Shown here piece after piece: positions 11,488-23,991 of a stretch of 64,000 nt of DNA; the stretch's first letter is position 1; every line of letters begins with the position of its first letter. Source of the stretch: Squalus acanthias. Its lineage: Eukaryota. The stretch spans positions 143,222,001-143,286,000 of the forward strand of contig CM059432.1 in assembly GCA_030390025.1 (NCBI GenBank), in the 5' to 3' direction. Under the pieces are notes generated by a model that was not told where the DNA came from, searched no databases, and was given only the letters and a program-made list of their open reading frames with translations. The translations under genes and the position numbers were made by a program.

Positions 11488-12449
11488 TTAAAAGTAAAAC
11501 CTCCCATAGTTGTGCATTACATTCTCACTCAGATGGGCCACTAAAGGAGTGGGAAATTGAAGCCAGAAACTAGTGCAGTACTGCCGATCTTCAAGGACTG
11601 AGTTAAGATCTGGTGGCCCTAAAACTATGATGCTGAGATTGTGCCCGCCAGTGCTCCCCTGTGGCTCTGTTCCCACTGGAGTTTCTGGGTTCAGTAGTGG
11701 TGGGTGGTGGAGGCTCCCATTTGCGAGGCAGGCACAAGGGCCACAGCGGGAACATCTCCAGTGCACACCTGTCCCCTGCGGCCTGAACCTCTGGCACCTG
11801 CCCACCATTGTGGGGGTTTGCCCATGCCCCCACCCCCACCCCCCCCCCCCCCACCCAACCCGATCCCAGCCATTCTCCCTTCAGCTGCCTTTGATCAGGA
11901 AGCCAGGCCACTCCCGCGGTCTTGACCCCACCACCAGGGATCCACTTTGCCCTGTAAGTGGGAAGCATGGGTTCCGCCCTTACAAGACCTGTTGGAAACT
12001 TCCAGAAGCACTGGGACAACGGTGGGGTGAGGGGGCGAGTTTTGCCAGTCTCCTGCCGGAATTAGGCTTGGAGACCTGTGGAACCATCATGGATTTTCGG
12101 GATCCATTCATACGTTGTTAGAATGGAAGTGAGAGAACTCCATTCCGGCATCTAACCTGTGCCATATCTGGCCTGACACCGAATATAACAGTGAACAATG
12201 GTCCATTCCTGGTACTGGGTATCCATTATCCTGATGAGGATAAAACGTCACAAGAAAGAGACTCCTCGGAAGCTCCGGATTGTATTGTAGCCTTAGACTG
12301 CATTCAAAGGATGTTATTTTACCCTAAATATAGGGTTTTATTTTGTTGCTACACAATAGCTTGATGTTTATACAGTAAAACCAAAACGGTTGAGCTTGTT
12401 CAAAGAAGGGATAAGTTTCAATGAGCTCAATGGGTTTTACTCATCCTTA

Positions 12450-12650
12450 AACATAGGAACAGGAGGAGGCCATTCAGCCCCTCGAGCCTGTTCCGCCATT
12501 CAATGAGATCAAGGCTGATCTGTATCTTAACCCCTTCCACCCGCCTTGGTTCCGTAACCCTTAACACCTTTGCCTAATAAAAATCTATCCACCTCAGTTT
12601 TGAAATTTTCAATTGACCCCCAGTCTCAACAGCTTTTTGAGGGAGAGATT
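12450..12650 (-). mobile_element. CR1 3' end fragment
   Basis: ggccattcagcccctcgagcctgttccgccattcaat is the CR1 3' UTR in reverse orientation. Confidence 0.8.
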
Positions 12651-12944
12651 TTTTTTTGATCCTCCTTCGGGTTAGTCGGCCCAATAATTCCCAGATCTGG
12701 ATGGATATGAGGCCTTAACATTGCAAACTGATCCTTCAATTCATTCCATGAATAACTTTTTCAGAAACGACCCATACATCACAATTGTGTTTTGCAGACA
12801 CAAGAAAAGTATTTATTGAAACTGTTGGTGACACTTTTGAACATAGTTGATGATTTAAGGATAAATTCCATAATCCGGTAGGGGGCCACACTCACAGGGC
12901 GCGTGGGCACGAGAATCAGGGTACAATTTCGTAGCCCTGTCTTT

Positions 12945-13405
12945 GACCACCCCATCATTCCCTGTGCTCGCTGACCGACATTGGCTCCCAGTCCGGCAAC
13001 GCTTCGATTTAAAAATTCTCATCCTTGTATTCAAATCCCTCCATGGCCTCGGCCCTCCCTATCTCTGTAATCTCCTCCAGCCCTACAACCCTCCGAGATC
13101 TCTGAGCTCCTACAATTGTGGCCTCTTGCATTTCCCTGATTTTAATCAATCCACCATTGGCAGCCGTGCCTTTTAGCTGCCTAGGCCCTAAGCTCTGGAA
13201 GTCCCTCCCTAAACCTCTCCGTCTCTGCACCTCTCACCTCCTTTAAGACGCTCCTTAAAATCCACCTCTTTGACCAAGCTTTTGGTGACCTGTTCGAATA
13301 TCTCTTTATGGGGCTCGATGTCAAATTTTGTTTGATAATCGCTCCTGTGAAGCGCCTTGGGACCTTTTCCTATGTTAGAGGTGCTGTATAAATACAAGTT
13401 GCTGT
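12945..13405 (+). mobile_element. L2-clade LINE 3' fragment
   Basis: Peptide HWLPVRQRFDLKILILVFKSLHGLGPPYLCNLLQPYNPPRSL; tail ...gctgtataaatacaagttg. Confidence 0.8.
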
Positions 13406-13713
13406 ACCCACTTTGAGCACAGCGTCCATACTGGGAGCATGGCATCATGAAATTCAGCCTATAATTTGTATATAAGAATTGGAAGTTTTATCAACAGCAC
13501 TTTTACCATACATCAATACTAAACAAGTCTTCAAAGTTACTTACAATTATAGGTCGAGTGCTAGAGTGAACTCTAGCTCTTATTGCAGATTTTATTCTTT
13601 TATGCTTTGCACAACTTGGAAAGTTTTAACATACCTTAGAAAAAACAGTCAACCTTCATTGATGCCATTCCGGAATGCTCACAATATCTCAAACAACAGT
13701 CTTAATGCTCATT

Positions 13714-14085
13714 CTTCTTCTTAGGCAGTCCCTCGGAACCGAGGATGACTTGCTTCCACATTAACAATGAGTTCTCAGGTGACTGATGGCTCCGATGCGG
13801 GACCTACAGTCTCTGTCACAGGTGGGGCAGACGGTGGTTGAAGGGGCGGGTGGGTGGGGTGCTTGGGTTGACGTGCGCTCCTTGCGCTGCCTGCGCTTGG
13901 CTTCCGCTTGCTCCCGGCGAAGAGACTCGAGGTGTTCGGCGCCTTCCTGGATGCTTCTCCTCCACTTTGTGCGGTCTTGGGCCAGGGATTCCCAGGTGTC
14001 GGTGGGGATGTTACACTTTTTCAAGGAGGCTTTGAGGGTGTCCTTGAAGCGCTTCCTCTGCCCACCTGGGGCTCTCCTGCCGTTA
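13714..14085 (-). mobile_element. RTE 3' fragment, same family as 8972-10833
   Basis: Peptide KKCNIPTDTWESLAQDRTKWRRS...CPTCDRDCRSRIG..SHLRTH. TSD aatgctcatt at 13704-13713 and 14086-14095. Confidence 0.92.
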
Positions 14086-14496
14086 AATGCTCATTAAACC
14101 TCACCAAGGTACCTACTCCACATTGCAGTGCCATTTCGCAAAGCTTCCTTGTACAATTTTATTATAATCATGGAATGGGGAAAAGCCAGGATTCAGCAAA
14201 TGGGACCAGGAATGGGAGGTTAGAGTTCAGGGCATCCCATTATAGGAAGGGTAGGAGAGCCAGGGAAAGAGGGCAGTGAATATTAATAGATTGGGACCGG
14301 GAATGGGAAGTTACAGGCCTGAAGAAAGGCTTGAAATATTGGAGCCTTTGTAATTGCTATTGGGGGAAGGTTGGGGGGGGGAGATCTAATCGAGATTTTC
14401 AAAATTATGAAAGGTTTTGTGAGGGTGAATAATGACAGTTTCCATTGGTTGGAGGATTGGTACGGACTGAGAATTATCACTGAAAGGGTGAAGGGA

Positions 14497-14771
14497 AGAG
14501 TCGCCAACCTTCCAGGATTGTCCTGGAGTCTCCAGGAATTAAACATTTATCTCCAGGATACTGCTGAGAGCAACCCAGGAGAAAAATCAAAGGGGAATTA
14601 AAAATAAATGCATGTTTTTTTTTCATTTCCTTTGAACAATTTCATCTATTCTAAAAATATTGGCGATGTGGGGGAGAAAAAGGCTGTTTGACGGGGCGGG
14701 GCGGGCGGGTGGAGGTGGGAGGTCATGTGATGAAACCACCAGCAATACGTCCAAGCAGAGTTGGCAACACC
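14497..14771. mobile_element. Small non-autonomous DNA element with hAT-like AGGGTTGCCAAC-type ends, inside an old CR1 remnant (~14180-14900)
   Basis: Degenerate inverted termini agagtcgccaac ... gttggcaacacc. Confidence 0.5.
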
Positions 14772-15229
14772 AATAAAAGGTGAAGTAGCAGATTTTTTTT
14801 TCACCAGAGGTTGATTAGAATTCAGAATGCAGCACCACAAGTGCTAAATGAGGCAGAGACTATAACTAATTTAAAAGGGAATTGGATTTTACTAGTTGTA
14901 AAACAGGAACTTTTCCTCAGCTGAACGTCATCCTGAAATCTGCTCAAAGGAAATGAAGTGAAGCAGAGATAATTCCAACATTAGCACGTTGTATCTGCTA
15001 ATAATGAGCAGCGACAAAAAGGGCACTAATCTCCACAAGCAGGTCAAGGGGTGTTACCAGGTAAGGAAGAGATCTTTAATTGAGATCGTGACTTTAAAAT
15101 GGGGAAGATTAAATTATTTTTTAAAATGAGCTTGTGCTTGGAACTAGATATGAACAAGTTGTTCTGTGTAGTGACACTGGAGTTTCTCTGTGATGTGATA
15201 TACTGGGACAATACGTGAAAAGGTATCAA

Positions 15230-15686
15230 CCGTGGCTCAGTGGTAGCACGCTCACCTCTGAGTCAGAAGGTCATGGGTTCAAGCCCCACTTCTAGAATCC
15301 AAGAGGCTTAAGCACAAAAATCTAGGCTGACTCTCCCAGTGCGGTGCTGAGGGAGCGCTGCACTGTTGAAGTTACTGTCTTTCGGATGAGACATTAAACC
15401 GAGGCCCCGTCTTCCCTCTCAGGTGGGAGTAAAAGATTCCATGGCACTATTCGAAGAAGAGCTGGGGAGTTCTCCCCTGTGTCCTGGCCAATGTTTACCC
15501 TTCAATCAACACCACTAAAGCAGACTATCTGGTGGTTATCACATTGCTGTTTGAGGGAGCTTGCTGCGTGCAAATTGGCTGCCGCGTTTCCTACATTACA
15601 ACGGTGACTACACTTCAATAAGTGCTTCATTGGCGCTTTGGGACGTCCTGAGGTCGTGAAAGGCGCCACATAAATGCAAGTTATTT
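15230..15686 (+). mobile_element. Deu-domain tRNA-SINE (SacSINE1/AmnSINE1-like), near full length
   Basis: A box tggctcagtgg, B box ggttcaagccc, core gtctttcggatgagacattaaaccgaggccccgtc, tail gacgtcctgaggtcgtgaaaggcg..taaatgcaag. Confidence 0.85.
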
Positions 15687-16667
15687 CTAAATACGTTACA
15701 AGGGCAGTGAATACAGGTAGTTTTCTAAAACATGGAGCAGTGAAGAAACCTGGGAACTCCATGGAATGGTTGAGATAACCCATTTAATTAATGTGCAAGG
15801 CTCATCCATCTTACAAAGTGGTTAGAACGGGATGGGGGGCGGGGTGAGTGATTCCTTATTCTCTCGGGGTTTGAGCCCAGGAGGTGCAGTTTATAGTTTA
15901 ATGATTTGGATATTCAACGTAAAGAGAGATTAACTTCAGTCTTATTGCCACACTTCAGTAGTTCTAGTTCAATCCTGAATTCCAAAAGTTGCGATTTTAT
16001 TTGTAGAAATACGTTCTGCGATTGTATTTTACAGGGAACAGCATCGTTCGTTCATCGATAAAAAGGAAAGCTGCAAATATCGGGATTTTGAAACCAAAAC
16101 AGAAAATTCCGGGATGGGCAGGGAGCCAATCAGGGCATGAAAGTGAAAGTTGCGTTAACACGTTGGTTGGGACTCGTTTTTCAACCATTACATAGAAACC
16201 GTGTGAAACATTTCTGTAAATATCTATCAGTTCAAAAAATACCATCAGGTGTGTTCCTGCTGCACTTTGTAGATTGGGTCATATCTTGGGTCAGGGGACA
16301 GTTAATCATTCGGAAATATTATAATATTTAAATGTGACTTTGTTGGTGCTGTAAATGTGTTTTGAGTTTACCTATTGGAAATGGAGAAAATATTAGAAAA
16401 TGGTGATTGTGTGCTTTTAATTTCGGTTATGAATTATATTTATACAGAATGGTTATGTCCATTGTTCAAAGTCTGTTTTGTGAAGTGAAGTGTCACAATA
16501 TTATACAATTGTTAATAAATTAACTGGGGAATGACTGAAAATGATATAGATGATGTGAATTGTATTATTGACAGGTCAACAATATTGTTTTATATAGAAT
16601 AATAGTTGGAGACTTTTACAGCTTGGAATCAGTGCCAGTTTAACTGTTAATGTATATAATATATATT

Positions 16668-16823
16668 GACCCAACATTTGCGATCGGAGGCCTGATTCTT
16701 GACAGATCACAAGTTCCGTGTTTCAGCGCAAGCGCTTCACATGCTTAAACCCGGAACTTGTGCGGCCCCTATGGGCGCGTGTACACCTCCTACGCACCCG
16801 TGGGGAGTCGCAAAATACGGCCC
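16668..16823. mobile_element. ~155-bp MITE, internally deleted relative of the element at 39523-41096
   Basis: Left end gacccaacatttgcgatcggagg and right end tacgcacccgtggggagtcgcaaaatacggccc match the two termini of the larger element in reverse orientation. Confidence 0.65.
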
Positions 16824-16949
16824 AATGTTAAACCTGAGCGTTATTGTACTGTAAAGTTTTTGAGAGCTTGGGAGCCTGTTGTTACTGAGAAATATCCACA
16901 GACTATTCTTTATTGATTGTTCTCTCGTGTGATAATGGAATGTAAAATC

Positions 16950-18463
16950 AGGTGGGGTGTGGAATCAGGCAGGTGTGAAACCGGGCGGAGTGTGTAAATG
17001 GGCGGGTGTGAAACCGGGCAGAGTTTGAAACCAGGCAGAGTGCGTAAATGGGCGGGTGTGAAACCGGGCGGAGTGTGTAAATGGGCGGGTGTGAAACCGG
17101 GCAGAGTGTGTAAATGGGCAGGTGTGAAACCGGGCAGAGTGTGTAAATGGGCAGGTGTGAAACCGGGCAGAGTGTGTAAATGGGCGGGTGTGAAACCGGG
17201 CAGAGTTTGAAACCAGGCAGAGTGCGTAAATGGGCGGTTGTGAAACCAGGCAGAGTGTGTAAATGGGCGGGTGTGAAACCGGGCAGAGTGTGTAAATGGG
17301 CAGGTGTGAAACCGGGCAGAGTGTGTAAATGGGCAGGTGTGAAACCGGGCAGAGTGTGTAAATGGGCGGGTGTGAAACCGGGCAGAGTGTGTAAATGGGC
17401 AGGTGTGAAACTGGGCGGAGTGTGTAAATGGGCAGGTGTGAAACTGGGCGGAGTGTGTAAATGGGCAGGTGTGAAACTGGGCGGAGTGCGTAAATGGGCG
17501 GATGTGAAACCGGGTGGCTGTGCAAATGGGCAGGTGTGTAAATGGGTGGGGTGTGTAAATGGGTGGGGTGTGTAAATGGGTGGGGGTGTAAATGGGTGGG
17601 GGTGTAAATGGGTGGGTGTGTAAAGGGGCGGGGTGTGTAAAGGGGCGGGGTGTGTAAAGGGGCGGGGTGTGTAAAGGGGCGGGGTGTGTAAATGGGCGGG
17701 TGTGTAAATGGGTGGGGTGTGTAAATGGCCGTGTGTGTAAATGGTAGGTGTGAAACCAGGTGGGTGTGTAAATGGGCGGGTGTGCAAATGGGTGGGTGTG
17801 TAAATGGGTGGGGTGTGTAAATGGGTGGGGTGTGTAAATGGGTGGATGTGCAAATGGCCGGGTGTGTAAATGGGCGGGTGTGTAAGTGAGCGGGTGTGTA
17901 AATGGGTGTGTGTGTAAATGGGTGGGATGTGTAAAGGGGCGGGTGTGTAAATGGGTGGGGTGTGTAAATGGCAGGTGTGTAAATGGGCGGGTGTGTAAAT
18001 GGGTGGGTGTGTAAATGGGTAGGTGTGTAAATAGGTGGGTGTGTAAATAGGTGGGTGTGTAAATGGGTGGGTGTGCAAATGGGCGGGTGTGTAAATGGGT
18101 GGGATGTGTAAAGGGGCGGGTGTGTAAATGGGCGGGGTGTGTAAATGGCCGTGTGTGTAAATGGCAGGTGTGAAACCGGGTGGGTGTGTAAATGGGTGGA
18201 TGTGCAAATGGGCGGGTATGTAAATGGGTGGGTGTGTAAATGGGCGGGTGTGAAACCGGGTGGCTGTGCAAATGGGCGGGTGTGAAACCGGGTGGGTGTG
18301 TAAATGGACGGATGTGTAAATGGGTGGGTGTGTAAATGAGTGGGTGTGTAAATGGCCGGCTGTGCAAATGGGCAGATGTGTAAATGGGCGGGTGTGAAAC
18401 CGGGCGGGTGTGAAACCGGGCGGGTGTGTAAATGGGCGGGTGTGAAACCGGGCGGGGTGTGTA
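16950..18463. repeat. G-rich minisatellite, ~16-17-bp units (gggcgggtgtgtaaat / gtgtgaaaccgggc) with ~34-bp dimers; left part of an array split by CR1
   Basis: Direct tandem repetition; the array resumes at 25155. Confidence 0.95.
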
Positions 18464-21358
18464 TAACATAGAAACATAACATAGAAGATAGGAGCAGGAG
18501 TAGGCCATTCGGCCCCTCGAGCCTGCTCCGCCATTCAATGCCATCATGGCTGATCATCCAAATTCAGTACCCTGTCCCTGCTTTCTCCCCGTATCCCTTG
18601 ATCCTTTTAGCCTTAAGAAATATATCTAACTCCTTCTTGAATATATTTAATGAATTGGCCTCAACTGCCTTTTGTGGTAGAGAATTCCACAGGGTCACCA
18701 CTCTCTGGGTGAAGAAATTCCTCCTCATCTCTGTCCTAAATGGCTTACCCCTTATCTTTAGAGTGTGACCCCTGGTTCTGGACTCCCCCGCCATCGGGAA
18801 CATCCTTTCTGCATCTAGTCTGTCTAGTCCTGTTAGAATTTTATACGTTTCAATGAGATCCCCTCTCATTCTTCTATACTCCAGCGAATATAAGCCCAAT
18901 CGACCCAATCTCTCTTCATACGTCATTCCTGCCATCCCAGGTATCAGTCTGGTGAATCTTCGCTGCACTCCCTCCATGGCAAGAACATCCTTCCTCAGAT
19001 AAGGCGACCAAAACTGCACACAATACTCAAGGTGTGGTCTCACCAAGGCCCTGTACAACTGCAGCAAGACATCCTTGCTCCTGTTCTCGAATCCTCTCGC
19101 TATGAAGGCCAACATACCATTTGCCTTCTTCACTGCCTGCTGCACCTGCATGCTTACCTTCAGCGACTGGTGCACAAGGACACCCAGGTCTCGTTGCATT
19201 TCCCCTTCTCCCAATCTATTGCCGTTCAGATAATAATCTGCCTTCCTGTTTTTGCCACCAAAGTGGATAACCTTGCATTTATCCACATTATACTGCATCT
19301 GCCATGCATCTGCCCAATCACCCAACCTGTCCAAATCATACTGGAGTTTCTCGGCATCCTCCTCACAGCACACACGCCCACCCAGCTTGGTGTCGTCTGC
19401 AAACTTGGAGATTTTACATCTAGTTCCCTCGTCTAGATCATTAATATATATTGTGAATAGCTGGGGTCCGAGCACCGATCCCTGCGGTACCCCACTAGTC
19501 ACTGCCTGCCACTCGGAAAAAAGACCCGTTTATTCCAACTCTTTGCTTCCTGTCTGCCAACCAGTTCTCTATCCAAGTCAGTACCTTACCCCCAATCCCA
19601 TGTGCTTTAACTTTACACACCAATCTCTTATGCGGGACCTTATCGAAAGCCTTCTGAAAGTCCAAATACACGACATCCACTGGTTCTCCCTTATCTATTC
19701 TACCAGTTACATCCTCAAAAAATTCCAGTAGATTAGTCCAGCACGATTTACCTTTTGTAAATCCATGTTGACTTTGTCCGATCCTGTCACTGTTTTCCAA
19801 GTGCTCTACTATTACATCTTTTATAATGGACTCTAGCATTTTCCCCACTACTGATGTCAGGCTATAATTCCCCTTTTTCTCTCTACCACCTCTTTTAAAT
19901 AGTGGGGTTACATTAGCTACCCTCCAATCCATGGGAACTGTGCCAGAGTCTTTAGAATTTTGGAAGATGACCAGCAATGCATCTATTATTTCTAGGGCCA
20001 CTTCCTTAAGTACCCTAGGATGTAGATTATCAGGCCCTGGGGATTTATCGGCCTTCAATCCCATCAATTTCCCTAACACCATTTCCCTACAAATACTGAT
20101 TTCATTCAGTTCCTCCCTCTCATTAGACCCTATGTTCCCCGACATCTCTGGGAGATTATTTGTGTCCTCCTTTGTGAAGGCAGAACCAAAGTATGTATTT
20201 AATTGGTCTGCCATTTCTTTGTTCCCCATTATAAATTCCCCTGATTCTGACTGCAAGGGACCTACGCTTGACTTCACCAATCTTTTCCTCTTCACATATC
20301 TATAGAAGCTTTTACAGTCAGTTTTTATGTTCCCTGAAAGCTTACTCTCATACTCTATTTTCCCCCTCTCAATTAATCCTTTTGTCCTCCTTTGCTGAAT
20401 CCTAAACTGCTCCCAATCCTCAGGTTTGCTGCTTTTTCTGGCCAATTTATATGTCCTCTCCTTGGATCTTATGCTATCCCTAATTTCCCTTGTTAGCCAT
20501 GGTTGCACCACCCTTTTAGATTTATTTTTATGCCAGACAGGGATGAACAAATTCTGTAGTTCATCCATGCGATCTTTAAATGATGTTTGCCATTGCCTAT
20601 CCACCGTCAACCCTTTAAGTAACGTTCCCCAATCCATCCTAGCCAAATCACGCCTCATACCATCGTAATTTCCTTTATTTAAATTGAGGACCCGAGTCTC
20701 TGAGTCAACTACTTCACTCTCCATCTTAATGAAGAATTCTATCATATTATGATCACTCCTCCCCAAGGGCCCTTGCACAACAAGATTGCTAATCAATCCT
20801 TTTTCATTACATAATACCCAGTCTAAGATGGCCTGATCTCTAGTTGGTTCCTCGACATATTGGTCCAGGAAACCATCCCGTATACACTCTAGGAATTCCT
20901 CCTCCACAGTATTGTTACTAATTTGGTTAGCCCAATCTATATGTAGATTAAAGCCACCCATGATAACTGCTGTGCCCTTATTGCATGCGTCTCTAATTTC
21001 CTGTTTAATGCCATCCCCAACCTCAGCATTACTGTTTGGGGGTCTGTATACAACTCCCACTAACGTTTTCTGCCCCTTGGTATTTCTCAGCTCTACCCAT
21101 ACAGATTCCACATCATCAGAGCTAATATCCTTCCTTACTATTGTGTTAATCTCCTCTTTAACCAGCAATGCTACCCCACCTCCTTTTCCTTTTTGCCTGT
21201 CCTTCCTGAATATTGAATACCCCTGGATGTTGAATTCCCAGCCTTGGTCACCCTGGAGCCATGTCTCCGTAATCCCAATTATATCATATCCGTTTACATC
21301 TATTTGCGCAGCTAATTCATCCACCTTATTACGAATGCTCCTCGCATTAAGACACAAA

Positions 21359-22259
21359 GGGGGAAAAATTCAGTTGGTTGCACCTCCCGTTAGTGCCTTA
21401 AGAGGGCGCTAATGGGGCGCAAAGCATCTAGCGCCCAGGCGCGGCGAAGTTTGCGCCGCTCACGAAATTAACTAGACATTTTGCGGCGGCGCTAAACACT
21501 ACCGCCACGATTTCCTGCGCCAGCAGATCGTGACGTCAGTCAAGTGCACAACGCCCCGGTATCGCCCCGGAGCAGATATTGAGTGGCGCCCCCTGCCTTA
21601 CCGCCTGACGCTAGCAACGACAGTTTGAGTGGAGCATTCTGCAGTCATGAAGGGAAAGGGGGAACGCTATTTAAAGGTGACCGCTTCCTGCCTTTTATTG
21701 TTGGTGCCATTTTTGAACTACGCATTCTGAGAGAGAGAGAGAGAGAGAGAGAGACTTCTGGAGAGATTCAACGTTGTGTGAAGGAGTTTTGGGTACTGAG
21801 CAGCACTTTGCAGCTTCATTTTGATTTGCCATTCCTTGTATCGATTTAGAAGAGACTGTGGGGGCTGCACCCTGAGCTCTTTGCCTGGTACTCTCCATTG
21901 TTCTTTCCAGCAGATTTGATGTGCAGATCTCTCCAGGCCGAGATTCAAGGCTGCAATTAGCAGGATGTGGATGGAAAGTGAGATTAACCATCCCCTTTAA
22001 GAACTGGCCCGTTCCATTGTGTGTGTGTTCCATTGCTGACTGACATTACATGAGCTTCGCCAGCGCTCTGAGGTAGCGCCTCACTCCTCGGCCTTTGCGT
22101 CTTAAGAGAGGTGTGAAGCGCCTGATTTAGCGCTCCACTCACCTCCAAGGGCGATAAAAGTCAAGTTTGCAGTCGGTGGCGATAATTAGTGCCAGGCGCT
22201 AATCTTTGCGCCCGGCCGATAATTGCGCCCCAAATGGGGCGATACTGAATTTCTCCCCC
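21359..22259 (+). mobile_element. ~900-bp non-autonomous PIF/Harbinger-type element, copy 1
   Basis: TIRs gggggaaaaattcagt / actgaatttctccccc; 3-bp TSD aaa; many subterminal ggcgc/gcgcc motifs. Confidence 0.9.
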
Positions 22260-22293
22260 AAAGCCTTCAGTCTTGTTTTTTTTAACACTCTTA

Positions 22294-23186
22294 GGGGGAG
22301 AAATTCAGTATCGCCCCATTTGGGGCGCAATTATCGGCCGGGCGCAAAGATTAGCGCCTGCCGTTAATTATCGCCACCGACTGCAAACTTGACTTTTATC
22401 GCCCCTGGAGGTGATTGGAGCGCTAAATCAGGCGCTTCACACCTGTCTTAAGGCGCAAAGGCCGAGGAGCGAGGCGCTACCTCAGAGCGCTGGCGAAGCT
22501 CATGTAATGTCAGTCAGCAATGGAACACACACACAATGGCACGGGCCAGTTCTTAAAGGGGATGGTTAATCTTGCTTTCCATCCACATCCTGCTCATTGC
22601 AGCCTTGAATCTCGGCCTGGAGAGACTTGCACATCAAATGTGCTGGAAAGAACAATGGAGAGTACCAGGCAAAGAGCTCAGAGTGCAGCCCCCACAGTCT
22701 CTGCTAAATCGATACAAGGAATGACAAATCAAAATGAACCTGCAAAGTGCTGCTCAGTACCCAAAACTCCTTCACACAATGTTGAATCTCTCCAGAAGTC
22801 TCTCCCTCTCTCTCTCAGAATGCGTAGTTCAAAAATGGCACCAACAATGAAAGGCAGGAAGCGGTCACCTTTAAATAGCGCTCCCCCTTTCCCTTCATGA
22901 CTGCAGAACGCTCCCCTCAACCTGTCGTTGCTCGCGTCAGGCGGTAAGGCAGGGGGCGCCACTCAATATCCGCTCCGGGGCGATACCGGGGCGTTGCGCA
23001 CTCGAGTGACATCATGATCTGCCGGCGCAGGAGATCGTGGCGGTAGTGTTTAGCGCCGCCGCAAAATGTCTAGTTAATTTCGCGAGCGGCGCAAACTTCG
23101 CCGCGCCTGGGCGCTACATGCTTTGCGCCCCATTAGCGCCCTCTTAAGGCGCTAACGGGAGGCGCAACCAACTGAATTTTTCCCCC
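22294..23186 (-). mobile_element. ~900-bp non-autonomous PIF/Harbinger-type element, copy 2 (inverted)
   Basis: Reverse complement of copy 1 over its whole length; same TIRs; flanks tta / taa. Confidence 0.9.
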
Positions 23187-23627
23187 TAAGTCCTTTTAGA
23201 ATTATTATTTACCGTGGCCCTGTTTGATTTACACACTTGATTTCTCTGCCTTCCACTTTTGCTTTTCTCCTTCCTGTCTTTTGCTTCTATCCTTACTTCC
23301 CTTTCCTCTGTCTCCCTGCACAGGTTCCCAAACCCCTGCCATTTTAGTTTAAACCCTCCCCAACAGCACTAGCAAACACTCCCCCTAGGACATCAGTCCC
23401 GGTCCTGCCCAGGTGCAAACCGTCCAGTTTGTACTGGTCCCACCTCCCCAGAACCGGTTCCAATGTCCCAGGAATTTGAATCCCTCCTCCTTGCACCATT
23501 CCTCTAGCCACATATTTATCTGAAATATCCTTCTATTTCTACTCTGACTAGCACGTGGCACTGGTAGCAATCCTGAGATTACTACCTTTGAGGTCCTATT
23601 TTTTAATTTACCTCCTAACTCCTTATA

Positions 23628-23991
23628 CAGGAGACTCTTTGTTAACCGGCACCGACGGGACCGGCATGGTGCCGGTTTATCAAAAAGTCCGGATAACGGA
23701 GAGTTATATCTACCAACGTACGAGAGCCCTGTACACATTGACATGCGCCTGCATTCGGAGCTCCGTCTCCCCGGGGACCGCCAGCTGACCATCTGTCGTG
23801 TCCGCTGCCTACCCGGGCTGTACATTCCCCTCCCAATCTACACGCTCCGATACAAGGCAAACGCCTCGGGGTTTTTTTAAAAGTTAATCTTAAACGAGAG
23901 ATGAAGGAAAACCCCGGTTACCTACTCAAGAATTTTGCCGGTTAAGAGAGATTTCCGGATATTTGGGTGCCGGTTAATAAAGAGTTTCCTG
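23628..23991. mobile_element. 364-bp Tc1/mariner-superfamily (pogo/Tigger-like) MITE inserted in CR1 ORF1
   Basis: 26-bp TIRs caggagactctttgttaaccggcacc / ggtgccggttaataaagagtttcctg (24/26 match); TA on both sides. Confidence 0.9.

Noticed and set aside
12225..12282. Possible further hammerhead (ctgatgagga...tcctcggaagct)
   Set aside because: There is no GAAA in register with a stem II, and stem I does not close properly; at best a decayed relic.
15230..15300. tRNA gene (A and B boxes)
   Set aside because: It is the head of a SINE and continues into the Deu core with no cloverleaf or terminator. The same applies at 47755-47810 and 53220.
16910..18557. Three 528-545-aa His/Thr/Pro-rich ORFs (and similar ones at 24960-25815)
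   Set aside because: They are stop-free translations of a minisatellite in all three frames, not a gene.
22520..22900. 126-aa ORF shared by MITE copies 2 and 3
   Set aside because: It is frameshifted in copy 1 at the GA microsatellite and has no recognisable domain. Sharing is explained by copy similarity.
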